NCBI GenBank assembly: GCA_963767925.1
Contig: CAVYGB010000008.1
Coordinates: 2,496,001 to 2,560,000 of the forward strand
Origin: an uncultured delta proteobacterium
Lineage (GTDB): Bacteria > Myxococcota_A > Polyangia > Fen-1088
DNA length: 64,000 bases
Reading direction: 5' to 3'
The translations under genes and the position numbers were made by a program. The notes below the pieces were generated by a model that ran no database searches, had not been told where the DNA came from, and saw nothing but the letters and a program-made list of their open reading frames with translations. How positions within the stretch are numbered: the first letter of the stretch is position 1; every line of letters begins with the position of its first letter. Positions 18,911 through 28,826 of the stretch are shown here, piece after piece.

Positions 18911-20236
18911 TCACCAGCGCGTGGCGGAGGAGCCCATGCGGGCGCGCTCGAGCAGATCCCGGGCCGCAGCCCGCGCCTCGGCCAGGATGCTGGCCTGGTC
19001 GGGGTGCCGGCGGTCCCGCAGCACCACCTTGCCGTCCACGATGACGCTCTCCACGCAGTCCGGGCGGCCCGCGTAGACCAGATCGGCCACCAGGTCGTGG
19101 CCGGGCGCCAGGTAGGGGCGGTCGAGGTCGACGATCACCAGGTCGGCGCGCCGGCCCGGATCGAGCCGCCCGGCGTTGATGCGGAGGGCGTCGGCCCCCG
19201 CCTCGGTGGCCATGGCGAAGGCCTCCCGGGCGGTGAGGGCGGCGGCGTCACCGGTGGCGTGTTTCTGCAGCAGGGCGGCCAGCTTCATGGTCTCGAACAT
19301 GTCGAGGTTGTTGTTGGCGGCGGCCCCATCGGTCCCCAGCGCGACCCGGACCCCGTTCCGGCGGAGGGTGGCGTAGGGGATCGCCCGCGCCCCGCCTGGT
19401 GACCAGCCGCTGCTGAGCTTCATGTTGCTGCTGGGACAGTGGACGATCGTGACGCCGCGAGCCCCCAGGATGCGGGCCTCCTCTTCCTCCAGCCAGATGC
19501 CGTGGGCCGCGCACAGGCGCGGGCCCAGAAACCCTATGGCGTCGAGGGCCTCGATCAAGCCCTGCCCGTGTTTGCCGCGAAAGTCGGCCATCTCCTGCTG
19601 GGTCTCGGCGAGGTGAAAGTGGACGATGGTGTCGTGGGCCTCGGCCACCTGGTAGGCCTCGGCCAGCGATTCGAGGCTCACGGTGTACGCGGCGTGGGGG
19701 CCGATCGAGCCCGACACCCGGGCAAAGCGGGTCAGGCCGGCGAGCGCCTGCTCGAGCTCGGCGCGCAGGACCTGGGGGGTCTTGCGCCCGAACACGTCGA
19801 GGAAGACGCGGGAGATCACCGCCCGCATGCCCATCCCCTCGGCGGCGGCCGCCCCCGACTCCGACTCGAAGTACATGTCGTGGAAGGTGGTCGTGCCCGA
19901 GGAGAGCATCTCGAGGCAGGCCAGCCGGGTGCCGGCCAGCACGTGGCTGGCCTGCAGGTGCCGCTCGAGCGGCCAGATCTTCTGCTCGAGCCATTGCATC
20001 AGCGGGGTGTCGTCGGTGTACCCGCGAAACAGCACCATGGCGGCGTGGGTGTGGGCGTTGACGAAGCCGGGGATGACCGCCCGGCCCCGTCCGTCGATCA
20101 CCTCGTCGACCACCGCCGACCGGTCGGGGCCGCCGGGACCGACCTCGGCGATGAGGCCGTCCTCCACCAGCAGGTCGCCGGTCCGGTCCTGGTGGGCGTC
20201 GACGATGCGGGTGTCGCGGATGAGCAGCGTGCTCAC
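18911..20236 (-). CDS. mtaD: 5-methylthioadenosine/S-adenosylhomocysteine deaminase-like amidohydrolase
   Basis: PGFVNAHTH, GPHAAYT, HFHLAET, AHG, HCPSSNMKL, LGTDGAAANNNLDMF. GTG start overlaps the upstream stop. Confidence 0.85.
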   Translation of the reverse strand: MSTLLIRDTRIVDAHQDRTGDLLVEDGLIAEVGPGGPDRSAVVDEVIDGRGRAVIPGFVNAHTHAAMVLFRGYTDDTPLMQWLEQKIWPLERHLQASHVLAGTRLACLEMLSSGTTTFHDMYFESESGAAAAEGMGMRAVISRVFLDVFGRKTPQVLRAELEQALAGLTRFARVSGSIGPHAAYTVSLESLAEAYQVAEAHDTIVHFHLAETQQEMADFRGKHGQGLIEALDAIGFLGPRLCAAHGIWLEEEEARILGARGVTIVHCPSSNMKLSSGWSPGGARAIPYATLRRNGVRVALGTDGAAANNNLDMFETMKLAALLQKHATGDAAALTAREAFAMATEAGADALRINAGRLDPGRRADLVIVDLDRPYLAPGHDLVADLVYAGRPDCVESVIVDGKVVLRDRRHPDQASILAEARAAARDLLERARMGSSATRW

Positions 20237-20943
20237 GCCGCCAGCCTCTGGCACACCCGGGTCAACACGTCGAGGCAAGCGCTGGCGTTGCGGCTGGCGT
20301 TGGCCTGGATGTCGCTCTGATCGACCGGCCGGTCCCGGACACCGTGGCCGTAGTTGTCGAGGGTGCACAGGGCGGCGTAGGCCAGCCCCAGCTCTCGGGC
20401 CACGGTGGCCTCGCTGGCGACCGTCATGCCCACGCAGTCGGCCATCGTGCCCATGAAGGCCACCTCGGCCCGCGTGTCGAGCCGCGGACCGCGCTGCTGA
20501 AAATACACGCCCCGGTCGAGCACCGGGAGCTGGCCCAGGGCGCGCGCCTCCTCGATCAGCGCGCGGCGAAGCTCCTCGTCGAAGCCGGGGGTGACGTGGA
20601 CCAGGCGGTCGTTGAACACCGTGCTCTCGAAGAAGTTGATGTAGTCGTGCGGCACGAGCAGGGCGGGCAGCTCGATGTCGGCGCGCAGGCAGCCGGTCGA
20701 GCCCAGGGCGATGACCTGGGTGATCCCCAGCGCCTGCAGGGCGCTCAGGTTGGCGGGGTGGTTGATCACGTGGGGTGGCCTGTCGCGCCGTCGCCCGTGG
20801 CGCTGGACCAGCGCCACCGGGACCCCTGAGAGGTGGCCCAGGTCGACCTCCGCCCGGCCAAAGGCCGTGTCGATGTCGCGCAGCTCGGGCGCGTCGAGCG
20901 CCTTGCGTTCAATCAGGATGGTTCCGCCGATGATGCCGATCAT
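20233..20943 (-). CDS. MTAP-family purine nucleoside phosphorylase (probably methylthioinosine phosphorylase)
   Basis: IGIIGGT, RHG...PPHVINHPAN, GPRLDTRAE, VGMTVASE, LCTLDNYGHG. Confidence 0.88.
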   Translation of the reverse strand: MIGIIGGTILIERKALDAPELRDIDTAFGRAEVDLGHLSGVPVALVQRHGRRRDRPPHVINHPANLSALQALGITQVIALGSTGCLRADIELPALLVPHDYINFFESTVFNDRLVHVTPGFDEELRRALIEEARALGQLPVLDRGVYFQQRGPRLDTRAEVAFMGTMADCVGMTVASEATVARELGLAYAALCTLDNYGHGVRDRPVDQSDIQANASRNASACLDVLTRVCQRLAA

Positions 20944-21027
20944 AACTTCGCGCGGGCATGCTAGCGCGTGCCGTCGTAACTGTCAGCGCCGGATAACGGC
21001 TCGCCTTTGCGGTAGATTCAACGCTCC

Positions 21028-22087
21028 ATGTCCGACGAGGACATTCGCCAGCGCAAAGCCGACCACCTCGCCATCACGGCCGAAGGACGCGGTGCCTACC
21101 ACCGTTCGACCTTGCTCGAACACGTGCACCTCATCCATCAGTCCTTGCCCGAGCTGGCGGCGGCCGAGATCGACCTGTCCACCACCCTGCTCGGCCGGAA
21201 GATCGGGGCCCCGCTCATGGTCACCGGCATGACCGGCGGCACCGAGGAGGCGGCGGCCATCAACCGCGATCTGGCGGCCGCCGCCGAGACGCTGCAGATC
21301 CCCTTCGGGCTCGGCAGCCAGCGCGCCATGGTGGTCCGCCCCGACCTGGCCTGGACCTACGAGGTGCGGCCGGTCGCCCCCTCGGTGTTCCTGCTCGCCA
21401 ACTTCGGGGTGGTCCAGCTCGCCAGCATGGCGCTGGGAGCCGTCCGGGAGGTCATGGAGCGGGTCGGCGCCGACGCCCTCTGCATCCACCTCAACCCCGG
21501 CCAGGAGCTGGCCCAGCCCGAAGGTGACCGCGACTTCCGGGGCGCGGCCGCCGCCATCGAGCGGCTGGCCCGCGAGCTCGGACGGCCGGTGCTGGTCAAG
21601 GAGACCGGCTGCGGGATCTCCCCCGCGGTGGCCCGCCGGCTCGACGCGGCCGGCGTGGGCGCCATCGACGTGTCGGGCGCCGGGGGGACCTCCTGGATCG
21701 CGGTCGAGTCGCAGCGGGCCCGGGGGGCCGACCGCCGAACGGGGCCGCACCTTCTGGGACTGGGGCATCCCCACGGCAGCGGCCATCGGCTGGCTGGGCG
21801 ACGCCGGGATCCGCGCCGATCTGGTGGCCTCGGGCGGGATCCGCAACGGGCTCGACGCCGCCCGGGCGCTGGCGCTGGGAGCCCGGGTGGTCGGGGTGGC
21901 CCAGCCGGCGCTGCAGGCGGTCCGCGAAGGTGGACGGGCCGGGGCCCTCGCCTTCCTCGCCGGCGTCATCGAGGGCATCCGCATGGCCTGCTTGCTGGCC
22001 GGCGTGCGCGAGGTGGGCGCGCTCCGGCAGGCCCCCCGGGTCATCACCGGCGAGCTGCGCGACTGGCTCGCCCAGCGGCCGCAGTGA
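21028..22087 (+). CDS. fni: Type 2 isopentenyl-diphosphate isomerase (frameshifted as sequenced near 21725)
   Basis: [43 protein letters not shown]; continues in another frame as [18 protein letters not shown] after the G run at 21722-21727. Confidence 0.9.
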
Positions 22088-22110
22088 TCGGCGACAGTGA
22101 GCCCACCACG

Positions 22111-23056
22111 ATGACGAGCGAGCCGGTTCCGGTTTCCGACCCCCACGCTCCCCGCAGCCCCGACGAGACGGTCGGCTTGGGGCACGGCAAGGTGATCCTG
22201 CTCGGCGAGCACACGGTCGTGTTTGGCCACCCCGCGCTGGTGGCGGGCCTGCCGCTCGGCGTGCGGGCGCGGGTGCGCCCCGGACGCGGGCAGCTGCCGG
22301 GCGCCAGCCTGGAGCCTCGAGGCCCGGCTGGGCGACGGCTCACCGGTGGCCGAGGCGGTGGGTCGCCTGTTCGCGAAGCTGGGCGCCGAGCCGGGCGCGC
22401 TCGACGTCGATCTGGAGGCGGACCTGCCGGCGGGCGCCGGGCTGGGCAGCTCGGCGGCGATGGCGGTGGCGGTGGCGCGGGCGGTTGGCGCGCGCAGCGG
22501 CGCAACCGAGGCCGAGCTCGAGGCGGCGGTGGCGGCCTCCGAGGCGGTGTTCCACGGCAATCCGTCGGGCGTCGACGCCGCGGCCGCCCTGCGCGGCGGC
22601 ATCGGCCTGTTTCGCAAGGGGGAGGGCTGGCGGGCGGCCACCGTGCGCCAGAAGCTCAAGCTGTGCATCGGGCTGTCCGGCCGCAGCCGGCGGACGGCCG
22701 ACCTCGTCGAGGGGGTGGCCCACCTGGCCCGGCGCACGCCGGTGGCGCGGCGGGTGCTGGAGACCCTGGGCGAGGTCACCCTGGCCGGCCAGGAGGCGCT
22801 GGCGGTGGGGGACATCGACTCGCTGGGGCGGCTGTTCGATCTGGCCCACGGGCTGCTGGCGGGCCTGCGCCTGTCGACGCCGGAGCTGGAGCGCCTGGTC
22901 CACGGCGCGCGCGGCGCGGGCGCCATCGGGGCCAAGCTGACCGGCGCGGGCGGCGGCGGGGCGGTCATCGCCCTGGCCCCCTCCCACCGCAACGACGTGC
23001 TCGCCCGCTGGCAGGAGGACGGCTTTACCGGCCTTGTCGCGGTGGTGAACGGATGA
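22111..23056 (+). CDS. mvk: Mevalonate kinase (frameshifted near 22297)
   Basis: [17 protein letters not shown]; next frame [32 protein letters not shown]. Confidence 0.9.
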
Positions 23057-24068
23057 CGGGGGCAACGGCCGCCCACCCGGCCGGCGGCGCGCAGGCGGGC
23101 ACCAACATCGCCCTGGTCAAGTACTGGGGCAAGCGCGACGCCGCCCTCAACCTGCCGGCCGCCGGCAGCCTGTCGCTGACCCTGGCCGAGCTCGGCACCC
23201 GCACCCAGGTCCGGTTCGGACCGGGGTCGGCCGGCTCGCGATCGGGTCCTGCTCGACGGGGCGCCGGCCGATCCGGCCTTTTGCGCCCGCGTCTCTCGCT
23301 TCCTCGATCTGGTCCGCCAGCGCGCCGGCCTCGAGGCCCCGGCCGAGGTGTCGACCCACAACTCGGTGCCGACCGCCGCCGGCCTGGCCTCCTCCGCCTC
23401 GGGGTTCGCCGCGCTCTGCCTGGCGGCCACCCACGCCGCGGGGCTCACGCTCTCTGCCGACGAGCTGTCGGCGCTGGCCCGCCGGGGCTCCGGCTCGGCG
23501 GCGCGCTCGATCCATGGCGGCTTCGTGGAGATGTTCCCGGGGCAACGGAGCGACGGGGCGGACGCCCTCGCCCGCCCGCTGCTGGCGCCGGAGGCCTGGG
23601 ATGTGCGGCTGGTGGTGGCGGTGACCGCCCGGGGGCCCAAGGCGATCGGCTCGACCGCGGCGATGGACCGGACCGCCGCCACCTCGCCCTTCTACGACGC
23701 CTGGGTGGCCTCGGTGGCGCGCGATCTCGCCGACGCGCGCGCCGCCATCGCCGCCCGCGACCTGCACCGGCTCGGACCGGTCGTCGAGCGGAGCGCCCTG
23801 CGCATGCACGCCAGCGCCATGGCGGCCGAGCCGGGGATCCTCTACTGGCGGCCCGCCACCCTGGCCGCCATCCGCGTGGTCCAGGAGGCGCGCGAGGCGG
23901 GCGGGCCGGTCGGGTACTTCACGATGGACGCCGGCCCCCACGTCAAGGTGCTGTGCCAGGCGGCCGACGCCGCCGCCCTCGCCGCCCGCCTGCAGGCAGG
24001 CGCCCGGCGTGGAGCGCACCCTGATCGCCCGCCCGGGCCCGGGGGCCGCGGTCCTGGAGGCCGGGTGA
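23053..24068 (+). CDS. mvaD: Diphosphomevalonate decarboxylase (frameshifts near 23230 and 24000)
   Basis: [55 protein letters not shown]; likely true tail [21 protein letters not shown] ends at TGA 24066-24068. Confidence 0.88.
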
Positions 24069-25066
24069 AGCCGGGCCGGGCCACCCTCAAGGGCTCCCCG
24101 CTGGTGCTGGCCCCCGGCAAGCTGTTCCTGGCCGGCGAATACGCCGTGCTGGAGGGGGGTGTGGCGGTTGTGGCGGCCGCCTCCCGCTACGCGCTGGCGC
24201 AGTTCCAGCCCCAGATGGCCCCTACCTCGGCCCTGGTGGCGGAGGCGACCGCCCGGGCCCGGGCCGCCCTCGGCGACGTGGCCGCGGCGGTGCCGGAGGG
24301 CGCCGCCCAGGTCAGCACCGACACCTTCTTCCTCGAGGGGGTCAAGCTCGGCCTGGGCTCGAGCGCGGCGGCGGCGGTGGCCGCCGCCGGGGCGCTGCTG
24401 GAATACGCGGGCGTCTCGCTGGCCGTGAACCGGGAGCTGCTCTTCTCGGTGGCCGACGCCGCCCACCGGGCGTCGCAGGGGGGGGTGGGGTCGGGCGCCG
24501 ACATCGCCACCGCGGTCTACGGGGGGTTCGTTCGTTTCGTGCGCTTGCCCGACAGCGCCCCGGTGATCAGCCGGATCCTGCCCCCGCCCGACCTGCACGT
24601 GGTTGTGTTCTGGACCCGCACCGCCGCCCGCACCGCCCAGCTCGTCACCGAGGTCCGGGCCTTCGCCGAGCGGGCGCCCCAGGGTTACGCCGAGCGGATG
24701 GGCGCCCTGCGCGCCGCGGCCGGAGCGTTCGCCGAGGCGTTCACCGCCCACGACGCGCGGGGAGTCGTGCGCTGGGCCGACGCCTGCCACCGGAGCCTGG
24801 CCGACCTCGGCGAGGCGGCCGACCTGCCCATCGTGACGCCCGAGGTGGCCCGGGCCGCCGAGCTGGCCCGTCACTTCGGCGGCGCCGCCAAGCCGTCGGG
24901 CGCCGGCGGCGGCGATCTGGGGGTGGCCTTCTTCAGCGAGGCGCGCGCGGCGCACACCTTCGTGGCGCGGTGCCCGGAGGAGCTTTTGGTGCTAGACCTC
25001 CAGCTCGGGGCCACCGGGGCTTACCGCCGCTTGCCCAGTGGCGTCGAAACGTTCAAAAAGGATTGA
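24065..25066 (+). CDS. Phosphomevalonate kinase (GHMP family)
   Basis: APGKLFLAGEYAVL, KLGLGSSAA, QGGVGSGADIA, KPSGAGGGD; GTGA start/stop overlap with mvaD. Confidence 0.87.
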   Translation: MKPGRATLKGSPLVLAPGKLFLAGEYAVLEGGVAVVAAASRYALAQFQPQMAPTSALVAEATARARAALGDVAAAVPEGAAQVSTDTFFLEGVKLGLGSSAAAAVAAAGALLEYAGVSLAVNRELLFSVADAAHRASQGGVGSGADIATAVYGGFVRFVRLPDSAPVISRILPPPDLHVVVFWTRTAARTAQLVTEVRAFAERAPQGYAERMGALRAAAGAFAEAFTAHDARGVVRWADACHRSLADLGEAADLPIVTPEVARAAELARHFGGAAKPSGAGGGDLGVAFFSEARAAHTFVARCPEELLVLDLQLGATGAYRRLPSGVETFKKD

Positions 25067-25077
25067 AAGGCCCCGCC

Positions 25078-26338
25078 ATGTCCAAGATCGACTCGCGGAT
25101 CCCCGGCTTTTACCGGCTGCCGCTCGCCGAGCGGCGGGCCGAGCTGGTCGCGCGGGCCGGCCTGACCCCCGAGGATCTGCACACCTTCGAGCAGGGCGGG
25201 CTCGACAGCGCCACCGCCGATCAGCTGGTCGAGAACGCGCTCGGCCTGTACGCGCTGCCGCTCGGCCTGGGCCTGAACTTCCGGATCAACGGCCGCGACT
25301 ACCTGGTCCCCATGGCGGTCGAGGAGCCCTCGGTGATCGCCGCCGCCTCGAACGCCGCCCGCATCGTGCGGGCGGCGGGCGGCTTCCAGGCCGAGGCCGA
25401 TCCGCCGGTGATGACCGCTCAGGTCGAGCTGGTGGGGGTGGCCGACCCGGCCGCCGCGGCGGCGCGCATCCGGGCCCACGAGGAGGAGATCGTCGCCCTG
25501 GCCTGCGCGGCGGTGCCCCGCCTGGTGACCCGGGGCGGCGGCCCCCGGGCGGTCGAGGTGCGGGTCTGGGACGGGGACGCGGACGCCCCGGGGTTGCGGG
25601 CGGTCGAGCGCCGCCTCGTCGTGCACCTGCACGTCGACTGCCGCGACGCCATGGGGGCCAACCTGGTCAACACGGTGGCCGAGGCCATCGCACCCCGCCT
25701 GGCCGAGCTGGGCGGCGGGCGGTTCGGCCTGCGTATCCTCACCAACCTCTGCGATCGCCGCCTGGTGCGGGCCCGGGCCCGGGTCCCCTTCGACGAGCTG
25801 GGGCAGCCCGGGGTGGACGGGGCCGGCGTCGCCGAGGACATCGCCGCCGCTTCCCGCTTCGCCGAGCGCGACCTCTACCGGGCCGCCACGCACAACAAGG
25901 GGATCATGAACGGCGTCGACGCGGTCGTGATCGCCAGCGGCAACGACTGGCGCGGGGTGGAGGCCGGCGCCCACGCCTACGCCGCCCGCAGCGGCCGCTA
26001 CCAGCCGCTGGCGGTCTGGTCCACCGACGGCGCGGCGCTGTGTGGCTCGCTGGAGATGCCGATGGCGGTCGGCACGGTGGGCGGCACCTTGCAGGTCCAC
26101 GCCGGCGCGCGCCTGGTCCAGCGGATCCTGGGGGTGCAATCGGCCGGCGAGCTGGCGATGGTGACCGCCTGCGTGGGGCTGGCCTCGAACCTGGCCGCCC
26201 TGCGGGCGCTGGCCACCGAGGGGATCCAGCGGGGCCACATGGCTTTGCACAACCGGGCCGTGAGCCGGGCGGCGGCCCGTCCGCCGGTCGCGCCCGCGAT
26301 CGCCGGCAAGCCCGCGGGAGGGAGAGGCAGCCGAATGA
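25078..26338 (+). CDS. mvaA: Class II HMG-CoA reductase (reads through to 26544 as sequenced; probable true stop 26338)
   Basis: ENALG, PMAVEEPSVIAA, DAMGAN, ILTNL, ATHNKGIMNG, GNDWRGVEAGAH, EGIQRGHMALH. Confidence 0.9.
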
Positions 26339-27322
26339 TCCGGAAGATCCTCAAGGGCGGACGTGACGCCGAGCCGGCGACGCGGCGAGCCGGCCACGCC
26401 CACCCCTGCGCTGGCTCGATCCCCCTCCCGGCCCCTATTCGGTCGAGGCGGCCTACCGCTACTGCGAGGAGTTCGCCCGCGCCCACCACGAGAGCTACCC
26501 GGTGGCCTCCCGGCTGGTGCCCGCCGATCTGCGCCCGCACGTGATCGCGCTCTACGCCTTCGGTCGGGCGGCCGACGACTTCGCCGACGAGCCGGAGTAC
26601 GAGGGCCGGCGATCCGAGGCCCTCGACGCCTGGCACGAGGAGCTGTATCGCTGTTTTCACGGGGAGGCCACCCACCCCGTGTTCGTCGCGCTCGCCGACA
26701 CCATCGAGAAGCGCGGGCTGACCCACCCGCCCTTCGACGATCTGCTGTCCGCCTTCCGCACCGACATCGAGGTCCGCCGCTACGCCACCTTCAGCAGCCT
26801 GCGCGGCTACACCGCCCGTTCGGCCGATCCGGTGGGGCGCCTGCTGCTGTCGCTGTTCGGCTACCAGCGACCCCGAGCTGGTGCGCTTCGCCGACGAGAT
26901 CTCGACCGCCCTGCAGCTCACCAACTTCTGGCAAGACGTCGCCGCCGACGCCGCCCGCGACCACATCTACCTGCCCGCCGAGGACCTGCACTTCTTCGGC
27001 GTGACCGAGGCGGACATCAAGGCGCTCAAGCCGACCCGGGCGATCCGCGACCTCCTCCGCTACCAGGTGGCGCGCACGCGCGCCCTCTACGAGCGCGGGC
27101 CGCCCGCTGCTGGCCCGCCTGGGCAGCGATCTGCGGCTCGAGCTGGCGCTGATCTGGCTGATCGGCACCACCCTGCTCGACAAGATCGAGGCCGCCGACT
27201 TCGACGTGTTCACCCGCCGGCCCGAGATCGGCGCCCGCGACAAGGCCAAGGTCCTGGCCCGCGCGGCCAGACTCTGGGCCAGCAGCCTGGATCTCTCGGC
27301 CCTCCGCCGGCTCTGGCCCTGA
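26335..27322 (+). CDS. hpnC: Squalene/phytoene synthase family protein, HpnC-like (frameshifts near 26375, 26870, 27100)
   Basis: AYRYCEEFARAHHESYPVASRL, LYAFGRAADDFADE, SADPVGRL, ALQLTNFWQDV, IYLP; tail LRLELALIWLIG...DVFTRRP...LRRLWP*. Confidence 0.8.
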
Positions 27323-27356
27323 TACGCCGCCGTCGAGCCGGAGGCGGCCCTCCCGT

Positions 27357-28694
27357 TCAGGGGCGGTTCTTCTTTCCCTCGTCCCCGCGGAGGGTGGCCA
27401 GCCGCTCCTTGATCTGGCGCTCGAACCCCGAGTCGGTGGGCTGGTAATAGCGGCGGCCGCGCAGGCTGTCGGGCAGATAGTTCTCGACGACGTAGTGGCC
27501 TTCGAAGTTGTGCGGGTACTGGTAGCCGGCGCCGTGGCCGAGCGACTTGCTCAAGGGGGTGGGGGCGTTGCGCAGGTGGGCCGGCACCGGCAAGGCGCCG
27601 TGGGCCTCGACGTCCTCCCGGGCGGCCGTGTAGGCGGTCAGCGCCGTGTTGCTCTTGGGGGCCGCGGCCAGGTAGAGGGCCGCCTGGGACATCGCCAGGA
27701 CCCCCTCGGGCATCCCCACCATGCGGAAGGCCTCCAGGGCGGACACCGCCACCCCCAGGGCCCGGGGATCGGCGTTGCCCACGTCCTCGGCGGCGAAGAT
27801 CACCAGCCGCCGCAGCACGAACAGCGGATCTTCGCCGGCCTCGAGCATGCGCGCCATCCAGTACAGGGCGGCGTCGGGATCGGTCCCGCGCAGGCTCTTG
27901 ATGAAGGCGCTCACGACGCCGTAGTGCTCGTCCCCGGTCTTGTCGTAGAGCAACGCCCGCCGGGCCAGCGCCTCCTTCACGGCGTGCGGGTCGATCGCCC
28001 GGCGCCCGTCGGGACCGGGGAGGGGCACTGCCGCCGCCGCCTCCAGGGTCGCGAGCGCCTGCCGCCCGTCGCCCCGGGCCTCGCGGGCGATGAGGTCCCG
28101 GACCTCCGGGGGACAGTCGAGCGGCTCGCGGCCCAGCCCGCGCTCCGGGTCGGCCAGCGCCTGATCCAGGATGCGGCGCAAATTCTCCTCGGACAGGGGC
28201 TGCAGGACCAGCACCTTGGTGCGGGAGAGCAAGGCCGAGATGACCTCGAAGGAGGGGTTCTCGGTGGTGGCGCCCACCAGGATCACGGTCCCCGCCTCCA
28301 CGTGCGGCAGCAACGCGTCCTGCTGGGCCTTGTTGAAGCGGTGGATCTCGTCGACGAAAAGAACGGTCGACTGGCCCTGCTGGTTCAGGCGGGCCTGCGC
28401 CTCCCCGATGGCCTCGCGCAGGTCCTTGACCCCAGACATGACGGCCGACACCGCCGCGAAGTGGGCCCCGATCTCGGCGGCCACGACCCGGCCCAGGGTG
28501 GTCTTACCCGTCCCCGGCGGGCCCCACAAGATGACCGAGGAGAGCCGCTTTTGCTCGAGCGACCGGCGCAGCCAGGTCCCGGGCCCCAGCAGCCCCTCCT
28601 GGCCGACCACCTCGGCCAGCGTGCGGGGCCGCATCCGCTCGGCCAGCGGCTGCCCGCGTCGGTCGTTCTTCGCTGCGCGCTCGAACAGGTCCAT
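27357..28694 (-). CDS. rarA: Replication-associated recombination protein A (AAA+ ATPase)
   Basis: PLAERMRP, WGPPGTGKTT, FVDEIHRFNKAQQD, GATTENPSF, SAFIKSLRG, EDVGNADP. Confidence 0.96.
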   Translation of the reverse strand: MDLFERAAKNDRRGQPLAERMRPRTLAEVVGQEGLLGPGTWLRRSLEQKRLSSVILWGPPGTGKTTLGRVVAAEIGAHFAAVSAVMSGVKDLREAIGEAQARLNQQGQSTVLFVDEIHRFNKAQQDALLPHVEAGTVILVGATTENPSFEVISALLSRTKVLVLQPLSEENLRRILDQALADPERGLGREPLDCPPEVRDLIAREARGDGRQALATLEAAAAVPLPGPDGRRAIDPHAVKEALARRALLYDKTGDEHYGVVSAFIKSLRGTDPDAALYWMARMLEAGEDPLFVLRRLVIFAAEDVGNADPRALGVAVSALEAFRMVGMPEGVLAMSQAALYLAAAPKSNTALTAYTAAREDVEAHGALPVPAHLRNAPTPLSKSLGHGAGYQYPHNFEGHYVVENYLPDSLRGRRYYQPTDSGFERQIKERLATLRGDEGKKNRP

Positions 28695-28826
28695 CGTGCA
28701 GGTCTGGCGTCAAAAGCCTCGTACATGTAACCCTATCAAACCGCATGTGCGCGGACGGGAGCTTTTCGCCAGCGCCCCGCTTTGCAGAGTGGACGCTGGC
28801 TCGGAGTTTCGGTAGAGACCCAGAGG

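Noticed and set aside
21028..24024. 998-aa ORF joining the Fni, Mvk and MvaD N-termini
   Set aside because: Patchwork of correct and off-frame segments caused by frameshifts.
23348..25066. Apparent MvaD-phosphomevalonate kinase fusion (572-aa ORF)
   Set aside because: Removing one base near 24000 gives a normal MvaD tail ending in a GTGA overlap with the kinase start, so the fusion is most likely an indel artefact.
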